Source of the DNA: an uncultured Chloroflexia bacterium
Lineage (GTDB): Bacteria > Chloroflexota > Limnocylindria > Limnocylindrales > CSP1-4
DNA length: 64,000 nucleotides
Assembly (NCBI GenBank): GCA_963813335.1
Contig: CAWEYL010000002.1
Coordinates: 1-64,000, forward strand
Reading direction: 5' to 3'
Below the pieces are notes generated by a model. It was not told where the DNA came from. It did not search any database and was given only the letters and a program-made list of their open reading frames with translations. The translations under genes and the position numbers were made by a program. This document shows, piece after piece, positions 1 to 8,565 of this stretch; position 1 is the stretch's first letter; each line of letters starts with the position of its first letter.

Positions 1-29
1 TGACCGGTTAGGTGCGGCGTCCCTATAGT
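1..29 (+). promoter_or_regulatory. sigma70-type promoter upstream of the riboswitch
   Basis: TATAGT at 24-29. TGACC at 1-5 would be a -35 box truncated by the window edge, 18 nt upstream. Confidence 0.55.
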
Positions 30-56
30 CCGGCCACTTCGTAGTACTCCGGTACT

Positions 57-146
57 AGGAAGCAATGTAAAGACGCTCGGACGCGCCGAAGCACCACCTG
101 AAATGGGCACTTAGGGTGGAGCGGAGCGAGTAGTGCAACCGACCGA
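57..146 (+). promoter_or_regulatory. c-di-GMP-II riboswitch
   Basis: GGAAGCAATG ... AAATGGGCACTT ... GAGCGAGTAGTGCAACCGACC matches the class II hallmark elements, including the GCAC/GTGC pseudoknot. It lies upstream of an HD-GYP gene. Confidence 0.9.
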
Positions 147-167
147 CCACGAGTCTGGTCGGTTTTC
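137..167 (+). terminator. intrinsic terminator (riboswitch expression platform)
   Basis: Stem ACCGACCA (142-149) / TGGTCGGT (156-163) followed by TTTC. It overlaps the 3' end of the aptamer (AACCGACC 137-144). Confidence 0.7.
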
Positions 168-206
168 GTGTTCCCAGAGCACGAGGGCCGCAAAGGAGGT
201 ACGAGC

Positions 207-260
207 GTGACTGCAGAGTCCGCCAAGGGCTGGACCCCCGTGTCCGCCAAGGGCTGGTAG
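207..260 (+). CDS. micro-ORF 1, 17 aa MTAESAKGWTPVSAKGW (two SAKGW units)
   Basis: Strong Shine-Dalgarno AAAGGAGGT (192-200) 6 nt before GTG 207; TAG at 258-260. Too short for the ORF track. Confidence 0.65.
   Translation: MTAESAKGWTPVSAKGW
218..257 (+). repeat. 16-nt direct repeat GTCCGCCAAGGGCTGG x2 (period 24 nt)
   Basis: Exact copies at 218-233 and 242-257, in frame within micro-ORF 1. Confidence 0.95.
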
Positions 261-271
261 GTAGCCCGGCC

Positions 272-361
272 GTGAAGGCCAAAGTTCTCCGGGTCATCGT
301 TACGCTCTCGAGCGTGGCGATGATCGCAGCCGCAGGTGGAGCTTCTCTGAGAGGCTTCTAG
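272..361 (+). CDS. micro-ORF 2, 29 aa MKAKVLRVIVTLSSVAMIAAAGGASLRGF, signal-peptide-like precursor
   Basis: GTG 272 to TAG 359-361, with AGGT upstream at 259-262. Basic N-region, hydrophobic core, AGGA, then a short tail SLRGF. Confidence 0.7.
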   Translation: MKAKVLRVIVTLSSVAMIAAAGGASLRGF

Positions 362-371
362 TACGTTGGTC

Positions 372-417
372 CCATTACCCCAGGGAACTCGGAGGGGATA
401 GAGTTCCGGGGTAGTGG
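372..417 (+). other. long intergenic stem-loop
   Basis: CCATTACCCC/GGGGTAGTGG plus GGAACTC/GAGTTCC, with loop GGAGGGGATA. No U-tract. Confidence 0.75.
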
Positions 418-437
418 ATCAGCGAACAAGGCAGTCG

Positions 438-1837
438 ATGCCGAAGTCCCTGAAGCTTTACATCGCTGGAGTCGTGGCTCTGAGCGCGATTGCGCTCGTG
501 GCTGCGACTCTTGTGATTCCAGTCGACCCGAAGATCGCCATCGCTATTCGACCGTCGGGAGCCCAACTGGAAACCAAGTGTCCTCGGGGTCGCGTTCTGG
601 ACCCTGCTGACCCTCCTTGGCTCAGCATTGCCCGTTCACCTGCCGCGCGGGACACAGCACGCGGTGGCAATTGCCCCGATCCTCGGGGTCGTGTTTCTTG
701 GCGGTCCAACGGTTGGGCTGTGGGTGGCTGCGATTGGCACGACTGAGGTGCGGGAGCTTCGGGGCCGAATCCCTTGGTACGGCACCCTCGCGAATCACGC
801 GGGTCTCGTCATTCCGGCCGTCGTCGCAGGTCTCGTTCGCCACGGCTCCTGTCCGTCGCGAATGACCCGCAGGCGACTTCATGGCGGCGATGGTCTCGGC
901 GGGCGTCTTCCTCGTGTTGAACCTGATGCTCGCTTCGATTCTGCTTGGCCTACGAACGGGGCAACGAGTCTCCGAGGTGACGATTGGCGACTTGAGGGGG
1001 ATCGCTGGAAGCTGGGTGGCGCTCGCGCCTCTCGCATGGTTGATGTCCACCATCTACTTGGTTCAGTGGTGGGCCACCGTCCTGTTCGCTATCCCCTTGT
1101 ACTCGACTCGATTCGCGTTCCAGGGGTTCGTCGAGATGCGCGAGATGTTCGAGCAGACCATCGGCGCGCTCGCCGAGGCCGTCGACAAGCGCGACCCTTA
1201 TACGTCGCTGCACAGCCATCGCGTCAAGGAGATCGCCGTCGACATCGGCCGGGTCATGCGCGTCAACGACGCCGAGCTGGAGGCCCTCAACTGGGGCGGC
1301 CTGCTCCATGACGTCGGCAAGATCGGCGTCCCTGACAACGTCCTGCTGAAGCAGGAGCGGCTCAACAGGGAAGAGCGGATGATCATGAATGCGCACCCCG
1401 TCCTGGGCGCACAGATCATCGCCCCGGTCACGAAGCTGGCCCCCGAGCTGCCGATCATCCGGCACCACCACGAGTGGTACAACGGCTCCGGCTACCCGGA
1501 TCGGCTCATCGGCGACGAGATCCCCAAGCTCGCGCGGGTCCTCCATGTCGCCGACGCCTTCGAGGCCATGACCGCCGCGCGCCCGTACCGCATGACGCCG
1601 CTGACGACCGAGCAGGCGCTCGCCGAGCTCCGCAAGTTCGCCGGCGTGCAGTTCGACCCGGTCGTGGTCGATGCGTTCGTCCGCACCCGCCACGTCGACG
1701 GCGTCCCCGATGCGGGACGGCGACCGGAGCCGCGGCAGATCCCGCTGATCGGTCAGGCCGCGGACACGATGACCGCGAGCGCCCGGACCGACGAACCGAC
1801 CACGGCCGCGGCGAAGGCCGCCCCAGAGCGGGTCTGA
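438..1837 (+). CDS. HD-GYP c-di-GMP phosphodiesterase with N-terminal multi-TM sensor domain (two apparent frameshifts, ~590 and ~860)
   Basis: LLHDVGKIG and HHHEWYNGSGYP motifs. The hydrophobic N-terminus is distributed over ORFs 414-746, 628-1311 and 881-1837 in three frames. Confidence 0.88.
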
Positions 1838-1946
1838 CTCCCCGGACCAGCCACACCGCCGCGCGACCGTGCCTGCGCGCGTCCATCCGGCGGCCGCATG
1901 ATTTGCCGGTGCAGCCACTCGACCGCCGTGCCCTGACGAGCCGCCC

Positions 1947-3941
1947 GTGCTGAGCATCGGGATCATCCTCGGCCTCGTCCTCGGCCTGCTCGCCGGCGGC
2001 AGCCTGCTCAACCTCGCGTCCGTTCGACTGCGCTGGGTCTCGCTGATCGCGGCAGCCGTCCTCATCCGCTTCGGGACGGAGGCGGCCCTCATCGCGGGGC
2101 TCCCGTTGGCCGAGACGCTCCGGGTGCCATTGCTCGCCGCCTCGTTCGGGATCCTGCTCGTCGGCTTGTGGGCCAACCGCTCCTACCCGGGCTTGACGCT
2201 CGCCTTCGTCGGCATCCTGTCCAATGGGCTGGTCATCGTCGTCAACGGCGGGTACATGCCGATCTGGGAGCCGAGCCTTGTCGCCGCCGGCCTGAGCCCA
2301 GCCGATGTCTCGCCGCAGATCCATACCCTGTACGGGCCGGAGCTGGGGCCGTTCCTCCTCCATCTCGGGCCGCTCGCCGACATCATCCCGATCCCGTTCC
2401 CACTGATCCAGAACGTGGCATCGATGGGCGACGTCTTCCTGACGGCCGGCCTTGCCCTGTTCCTGTTCGCGAGCGTCGTTCGCGTGCCGAGCGACCTCGA
2501 CGACGAGGAGGCGGCGCGCATCCGCTCGCGGCTCGGGGCGATCAATACGGGGGAGACGGGCCTGTCGCCCGCATTCGCCGAGGCGGCGGCGCTCGAGCGC
2601 CAGATCGTCGTGGGCAGTCGTCGCGGCGGTCTTGCCTCTCCTGCCCGCTCCACGATCCCGCTCGAACGGCCCGAGGTCGCGGCGCGCATCCGGCGGCACC
2701 CCTATGTCCGGCTGGCCCTCAACGGGTCGTTCTCGGCGCTGTGGGTCGGGCAGCTCATCTCGCTGTTCGGTGACCGGATCCACCAGTTCGCGCTCGCCGC
2801 GCTGGTCCTGGCAACGACCGGCTCGACCGTCGCGGCCGGGCTCTCGTTCTTCTTCGCCGCCCTGCCGAACCTGTTCCTGTCGCCGGTCGCCGGCACGTTC
2901 GTCGACCGCTGGGACCGCAAGGAAGTCCTGATCGTCAGCGACATCCTGCGCGCTGCCGTCGTCCTGCTGATCCCGATCGCGGCGATCACCAACGTCTTGC
3001 TGGTCTACCCGATGATCTTCGTGGTGACCTCGATCTCGATCTTCTTCCGGCCTGCGCGGGTCGCGATCCTGCCGCAGCTCGTGGAAGACGACGAGCTCGT
3101 GACGGCCAACTCGGCCCTGTGGGTCGGCGAGACCATCGCCGATGTCCTGAGCTTCCCGGTGGCCGGCCTGTTCGTCGCGTTCCTCGCCAATGCCCTGCCG
3201 CTCGCGTTCTGGCTCGACGCCGTGACCTACCTGGCCTCCGCGGTGCTGCTCGGGACGATCGTGGTCCGACCCGCAGCGGCCCGCGGCGTCGACGCCGAGG
3301 CGACGGCCACCGACCCCGCGCAGCTGACGACCGGGTTCGTGGCGGAGCTCAAGGCGGGCTGGCGGTTCCTGCGCGGCGACACGACGCTGCTGGCCAACAC
3401 GATCCAGGCCGCGATCGCCCAGGTCGCGGTCGGCGTGCTGCTGGCGATCACCTCTGTCTGGGCCCTCCAGGTCTTCAGCGGCGCGAGCATCGGCTGGGAA
3501 GGTGCCTGGGGCATGGTCGAGGCGGGCTCGGCGGCGGGGAACATCCTCGGCGGTCTCGCGATCGGGCTCGTCGGGGCGCGCGTGCTGAAGGGCCGGCTGA
3601 TCATCGCCGGCTATGCGGTCTGGGGCTTCCTCACGATCCTGCTGGCGATGTCCAACGACCTCCCGCTCGCCGTGGGGATCTCGTTCGGAGCCGGGATCGC
3701 GAACATGGCCTTCATCATCCCGAGCCAGGCGCTCTTCCAGCAGCGCACGCCGGCCAACCTGATGGGCCGGGTGGTGAGCTTCCGGTTCGCGCTGGTCTTC
3801 GGGTCCATGACGCTGGCGATGGGGGTCGGGTCGATCATGACCGCGTTCGTGCCGGCGGCGACGGTGATCGCGCTGGGCGGGTTCGTCGCGATGGTCGCCG
3901 GCCTGTCCGGGCTGTTCGTGCCGGCCCTCCGCGACGCGTGA
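1947..3941 (+). CDS. DUF5317-like membrane domain fused to an MFS transporter
   Basis: N-terminal motifs NGLVIVVNGGYMP and LADIIP...SMGD. C-terminal multi-TM MFS with GQLISLFGD and motif A GTFVDRWDRK. Confidence 0.8.
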   Translation: MLSIGIILGLVLGLLAGGSLLNLASVRLRWVSLIAAAVLIRFGTEAALIAGLPLAETLRVPLLAASFGILLVGLWANRSYPGLTLAFVGILSNGLVIVVNGGYMPIWEPSLVAAGLSPADVSPQIHTLYGPELGPFLLHLGPLADIIPIPFPLIQNVASMGDVFLTAGLALFLFASVVRVPSDLDDEEAARIRSRLGAINTGETGLSPAFAEAAALERQIVVGSRRGGLASPARSTIPLERPEVAARIRRHPYVRLALNGSFSALWVGQLISLFGDRIHQFALAALVLATTGSTVAAGLSFFFAALPNLFLSPVAGTFVDRWDRKEVLIVSDILRAAVVLLIPIAAITNVLLVYPMIFVVTSISIFFRPARVAILPQLVEDDELVTANSALWVGETIADVLSFPVAGLFVAFLANALPLAFWLDAVTYLASAVLLGTIVVRPAAARGVDAEATATDPAQLTTGFVAELKAGWRFLRGDTTLLANTIQAAIAQVAVGVLLAITSVWALQVFSGASIGWEGAWGMVEAGSAAGNILGGLAIGLVGARVLKGRLIIAGYAVWGFLTILLAMSNDLPLAVGISFGAGIANMAFIIPSQALFQQRTPANLMGRVVSFRFALVFGSMTLAMGVGSIMTAFVPAATVIALGGFVAMVAGLSGLFVPALRDA

Positions 3942-4033
3942 CGGACGCCGCGCCGGGCGCGTTGGGTACACTGGCGCCCGCGTGCCCGGCAGCCGAGACG
4001 GCCGCTCGCCCGCGCGAGGAGTGAACGGAACGG

Positions 4034-4655
4034 ATGACTGACCGACCAGAGGGCTCGACGGACGACGAGCTCGAGCCGGCGACCGACGTCGCGGCGGACG
4101 ACGCGGCGCCCGAGCCCGCGCCGGAGCCGGAAGCCGAGCCGGAACCGGAACCGGAAGCCGAGCCGGAGCCGGAGCGAGCCCCTGGACGAGGGCGATGCAG
4201 ACGACGCGGCCGAAGCCGACGACCTCGAGGACCAGGACGAGGAAGAGTCGCTCTATCCCGACGATGTCGTCGCGCCCGTCGCGGCCGCCAGGGGCAAGGC
4301 AGGGGCCGCGGCAGCTCCCCGCGGACCGACGCCGTCGGAGCTCGCCGTCCGCGTCACCGACAACGCATCGAGGTTCTTCGTCATCGCGACGGTGGTCGTC
4401 TTCGTCGGCATCCTGCTGAACGGCGTCCTGCTCGGGAACGGTGGCCTGTTGACGGGCACCCCGACCCCGAAGCCCACACCCGTCGTGACCGCGACGCCGA
4501 TCCCGTCGGCCTCGCCGAGCGCATCGGGGTCCGCCGGCACCTCGGCCTCCCCGTCCGCCTCCGCGTCATCGAGCCCCTCGGCGGCCCCGAGCCCGGCAGC
4601 ATCGCCGTCGGCCTCGCCCTCGGCCGGACCGAGCGCCTCGCCCAGCCCGTCCTGA
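4034..4655 (+). CDS. single-TM protein with acidic N-terminus and Ser/Pro/Ala/Thr-rich tail (one frameshift ~4180)
   Basis: The EPEPEA N-terminus of ORF 4034 continues in the frame of ORF 4392-4655 (TM FFVIATVVVFVGILL, SASPS tail). TACACT -10 at 3967-3972. Confidence 0.6.
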
Positions 4656-4684
4656 CCGCGCCAGCGCGGGCGTATGCTCGCGCC

Positions 4685-5362
4685 ATGGACGGCCCGACGG
4701 CCGAGACGACCACCGACGACCGCGCCCGGCGGGCGCGCGAGCGGATGGTGGCCGACCAGCTCCGTGGCCGCGGCGTCCGCGATGAGCGCGTGCTGCGCGC
4801 GATGGGCGAGATCCCGCGCGAGCGGTTCGTCGAAGTCGGGGACCCTCGACGGGCTTATGCCGACGAGGCGCTCCCGATCGAGCTCGGCCAGACCATCAGC
4901 CAGCCCTTCATGGTCGGCAGGATGACCGAGCTGCTGGCCCTCCGACCGGGGGACCGCGTCCTCGAGATCGGGACCGGCTCCGGCTACCAGGCCGCGATCC
5001 TCGCGGCCCTCGGTTGCCTGGTGACGACGATCGAGCGCCACGCCGACCTGGCCGAAGCGGCTCGGTCCAGGCTGGCGGCCCTTGGCTACGGCGACACGAT
5101 CGAGGTCATCGTGGCGGACGGCAGCCTTGGCTGGCCGAGCGGCGCGCCTTGGGACGGCATCCTGGTCGCGGCCGCCGCCCCGTTCGTCCCGAACGCGCTG
5201 CGTGACCAGCTCGCGGACGGGGCCCGGCTGGTCATCCCTGTCGGCCCGCGCGACCGCCAGATGCTGACCGTGGTGACCCGGCACGGGAACGACTGGACCG
5301 AAGTCCCGGACGGCGCCTGCGTGTTCGTCCCGCTCGTCGGCGCCGGCGGCTACGGGGGGTGA
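4685..5362 (+). CDS. pcm: protein-L-isoaspartate O-methyltransferase
   Basis: GQTISQP, VLEIGTGSGYQAA and CVFVPL motifs. ATG 4685 lies 6 nt after TATGCT. Confidence 0.93.
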   Translation: MDGPTAETTTDDRARRARERMVADQLRGRGVRDERVLRAMGEIPRERFVEVGDPRRAYADEALPIELGQTISQPFMVGRMTELLALRPGDRVLEIGTGSGYQAAILAALGCLVTTIERHADLAEAARSRLAALGYGDTIEVIVADGSLGWPSGAPWDGILVAAAAPFVPNALRDQLADGARLVIPVGPRDRQMLTVVTRHGNDWTEVPDGACVFVPLVGAGGYGG

Positions 5363-5417
5363 GCCGGGCTCGCGAGGGCCACGACCGCCCGGTCGCCCTC
5401 GGTATACTCGGCCGGCC

Positions 5418-6491
5418 ATGACCCATGTCTTCGTCGCGCCCCACCCGGACGACGTCGCGCTCTCGTGCGGCGGTCTGATCGCCAGCCTCCGCGAGCTCGG
5501 GCAGAACGTGACCATCATCACGGTCTTCTCCGGCGACGGCGCCAGCGACGGCCTGTCGCCGTACCAGCGCGAGGCGCTCGGGTTCGGGTCGAAGGCGATG
5601 TGGCCGGTGACCGAGGCCTTCAACCGAAGCGACATCCGGGCGGACTGGCCGACCGCCGCGCTCGTCCCGTCGTGGGCCGCCACCGAGGACCGCCTCGAGG
5701 CGACCCAGGCCGACGCCGACGCCGCCGCCAAGCGGTTCTGGCAGCGCTCCTCCTGGTATCGCCGGGCCAGCGTCCGGAACGAGTCGCTCGCCGAGCAGCC
5801 GGTCATCGACGACGTGCCGACGCAGGGCGCGGTCTACACCGACGAGGTCATGGACGCCGCCGCGGCCGGCGACCTGATGGCCCGCCGCCGGATCGAGGAC
5901 GAGCGCTTCGCCTACTTCGCCGAGGCATCGATCGTCTTCCTCGACCTGCCCGACGCGGTGTTCCGCGGCTACGACGGCGACGACCAGCTCCTCGGCGCGC
6001 CGCGGGCCGACGACACGGCGCCGTACGACCTGCTCCGCACCGAGATCGCGCGGCTGGAGCCGCAGAAGGTCTACTTCCCGTTGGGTGTCGGCGGGCACGT
6101 CGACCACCAGCTCTGCCGCGACGTGGGGCTGCGCCTGCTGCAGGAGGGCCGCCGCTGGGTGATGCCGGGGCCGGACTACGCCGGGAGCGTCGCCTTCTAC
6201 GAAGACTTCCCGTACGCCTTCTGGTCCGACTTCAAGCGACCGGAGGACCTGGGGGAGGACATCCTCGGGGCGTTCCCGCCCGATGTCTCGATGTCCCCGA
6301 CCTACGCGGACATCACCGACCAGATCGAGCGCAAGATCATGGGCATCGACCTGTACGCGAGCCAGATGGAGCGGCTCTTCGACGGCACGCGCGCCATGGC
6401 CGATGCCGTGCGCGTGTACGGACGGACGATCGCCGAGTCCGGCGACGTCGACGGGTCCGCGGAGCGGTACTGGGTCTCCGGCCGCGTCTGA
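5418..6491 (+). CDS. PIG-L/LmbE family de-N-acetylase
   Basis: APHPDD, RxxED, GGHVDH and YEDFPY motifs. Confidence 0.85.
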   Translation: MTHVFVAPHPDDVALSCGGLIASLRELGQNVTIITVFSGDGASDGLSPYQREALGFGSKAMWPVTEAFNRSDIRADWPTAALVPSWAATEDRLEATQADADAAAKRFWQRSSWYRRASVRNESLAEQPVIDDVPTQGAVYTDEVMDAAAAGDLMARRRIEDERFAYFAEASIVFLDLPDAVFRGYDGDDQLLGAPRADDTAPYDLLRTEIARLEPQKVYFPLGVGGHVDHQLCRDVGLRLLQEGRRWVMPGPDYAGSVAFYEDFPYAFWSDFKRPEDLGEDILGAFPPDVSMSPTYADITDQIERKIMGIDLYASQMERLFDGTRAMADAVRVYGRTIAESGDVDGSAERYWVSGRV

Positions 6492-6492
6492 C

Positions 6493-7273
6493 GTGAGCGC
6501 CGCCCGGATGCAGGCGGCCATCGGCCGGCACTGGCCGCGGCCCTGGATGCGGTCCGACATCCTCGCGACGCCGGCCGGCCGGGTCATCGTCTTCGGGGTC
6601 GCCGGCGGCCTCGCCGCCGTGGCCATCGGCTGGACGATCACGCTCGTCGGGATCGTCGCCGGTCACGGCGGCTTCGGGATCGACTTCCGCCAGTACATGG
6701 CCCACGCCGAGCGCTGGCTGGACACCGGCCAGTTCTACCTGCCCCGCCAGCTCGCCGGCCCGACGACCGTGATGGCCGGCGACCCACTCTACCCGCCGGT
6801 CATCCTCTGGCTGCTGGTCCCGTTCGCGGTCGTCGACGCGCGTCGCCCCGCTGTGGTGGGCCATCCCCGTCGGCCTCACGCTGGCCGTGATGATCCGCTA
6901 CCGGCCGGCGCCGTGGACGTGGCCGATGTTCGGGTTCATCGTCCTGTGGCCACGGACCGAGGCCCTCATCCTCTACGGCAATCCCGGCATGTGGGTCGTC
7001 GCGATCGTCGCCGCCGCGACCCGCTGGCACTGGCCGGGGCCGTGGGCCCTGATCAAGCCGTCGCTCGCGCCGTTCGCCCTGATCGGCGCCCGACATCGCG
7101 GCTGGTGGATCGCCCTGGGCCTGTTCGTGCTGGCCTGCCTGCCCTTCGGCGCGCTCTGGGCCGACTACCGGACGGTCCTGGCGAACTCGGGCGTGCCGCT
7201 CAGCTACTCGCTGCTCGACCTGCCGATCACCCTCGCCCCGGTCGTCGCGTACGCGGGACGGACCAGGACGTGA
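6493..7273 (+). CDS. GT87-like (GT-C) membrane glycosyltransferase (frameshift ~6835)
   Basis: IDFRQY...LYPP, continued by ORF 6887-7273 (GNPGMW, IKP). Paralog of 8519-9343. Confidence 0.7.
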
Positions 7274-8565
7274 CGGCGCCGCAGGCATCCGAGGCGCGCG
7301 GTCCGGCAGCGTGGCCGATCGCGGCGATCGGCCTGGGTGTCGTGGCCCTCGTCGTGGGCGTGGCCATCCGAGCCTGGCTCCTGCCGGCCGAGGGCCTCAA
7401 GGGCGACATCGACGTCTTCGTCCTGTGGACCCACGGCATCGCCGTCAACGGCCTGCCGCACGCCTACGACCAGAACCTGTCGTTCCCGCCGGTCATGGCC
7501 TACATCTGGGGGATCCTGGCCGCGATCCAGCCCGCCTTCCAGACGGTGACGGATTCGTCCGACCCGGCGATCCGGGCACTGATGAAGGTGCCGGCCTCAC
7601 TGGCCGACCTGGGTCTCGCCATCGTCGTCGTCTACGCGCTCAGGCGGACGCCGTGGATCGCGGTCGCCGCGGGGGCAGCCATCTTCCTGCATCCAGCGGT
7701 CATCGATGTGAGTGCCTGGTGGGGCCAGTACGAGTCGATCTACCTCCTGACGGCGATGCTGGCCATCGTCCTCGCCATCGAGGGTCGCAACGGGACCGCC
7801 GCGGCGCTGCTCGCCATCTCGATCATGACCAAGCCCCAGGCGCTCCCCTTCCTGGTGCCGTTCGCGGCGTGGTTCTGGGCGACCGGCGGGCTGCGAGGGT
7901 TCGTCCGTGCCGCGCTCATCGGGGCCGCGGTGATCGTCGTCCTGTGGCTGCCGTTCATCCCGGCCGGCGGCCCGGCCGACTATCTCCGGAACCTCGCCGA
8001 GTACCAGGGCGACATCTTCAACATCCTCTCGCTCCGCGCCTGGAACCTCTGGTGGATCGTGCAGTCGCTCTTCGCGGGCGGGCACTACGTCGCGGACGAC
8101 CTGGCCTTCATCGGACCGTTCACGTTCCGCGCGGTCGGGCTGATCATCACCGGCCTGCTCGAGGCCGTGGTGTTCATCAGCGTGCTGCGCGATCCCCGGC
8201 CGCGCTCGCTGATCCTCGGTTGTGCGGCGGCGACCCTCGTGGCCTTCAGCTTCCTGACGACCATGCACGAGCGCTACGCGTTCGCGGCGCTCGGCTTCCT
8301 GATGTTCGCGGTGCCCGAGCGCCGGGTGCGCTGGCTCGGCGTCGCGTTCGGCGTCGTGTACACGCTGAACCTGTTCTCCGCGGTGCCGCCGACGCCGTGG
8401 ATCAACTCGATCCTTCCCTATACCGGGCCGATCACCGTCGTCGGGTCGATCGCGATGCTCGCGATCACGCTGGTCACGCTCTGGCTCCTCGCCTCGCCGC
8501 CGGTCGAGGACGCTGCGGTCAGGCTTCCTGGGCCGGCGCCACGGCCGGAGCCCGATCCGGCCTGA
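7270..8565 (+). CDS. GT-C mannosyltransferase-like membrane protein
   Basis: Multi-TM with DIDVF..W, FPP, WWGQYES, KPQ and MHERY. GTG overlaps the upstream TGA. Confidence 0.75.
   Translation: MTAPQASEARGPAAWPIAAIGLGVVALVVGVAIRAWLLPAEGLKGDIDVFVLWTHGIAVNGLPHAYDQNLSFPPVMAYIWGILAAIQPAFQTVTDSSDPAIRALMKVPASLADLGLAIVVVYALRRTPWIAVAAGAAIFLHPAVIDVSAWWGQYESIYLLTAMLAIVLAIEGRNGTAAALLAISIMTKPQALPFLVPFAAWFWATGGLRGFVRAALIGAAVIVVLWLPFIPAGGPADYLRNLAEYQGDIFNILSLRAWNLWWIVQSLFAGGHYVADDLAFIGPFTFRAVGLIITGLLEAVVFISVLRDPRPRSLILGCAAATLVAFSFLTTMHERYAFAALGFLMFAVPERRVRWLGVAFGVVYTLNLFSAVPPTPWINSILPYTGPITVVGSIAMLAITLVTLWLLASPPVEDAAVRLPGPAPRPEPDPA

Noticed and set aside
218-257. Direct repeat as mini-CRISPR or att site
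   Set aside because: Only two 16-nt copies with an 8-nt gap, in frame in an SD-led ORF; no cas or integrase gene nearby.
23-297. Minus-strand ORFs over the riboswitch region
   Set aside because: No SD or recognisable motifs; the plus-strand promoter, riboswitch, terminator and SD explain the region.
4034-5362. Pcm with a long acidic N-terminal extension
   Set aside because: Two genes joined by a frameshift; pcm has its own -10 box and ATG at 4685.
6283-8565. 760-aa double glycosyltransferase ORF
   Set aside because: Resolves into 6493-7273 (frameshifted) and 7270-8565 with a GTGA overlap.
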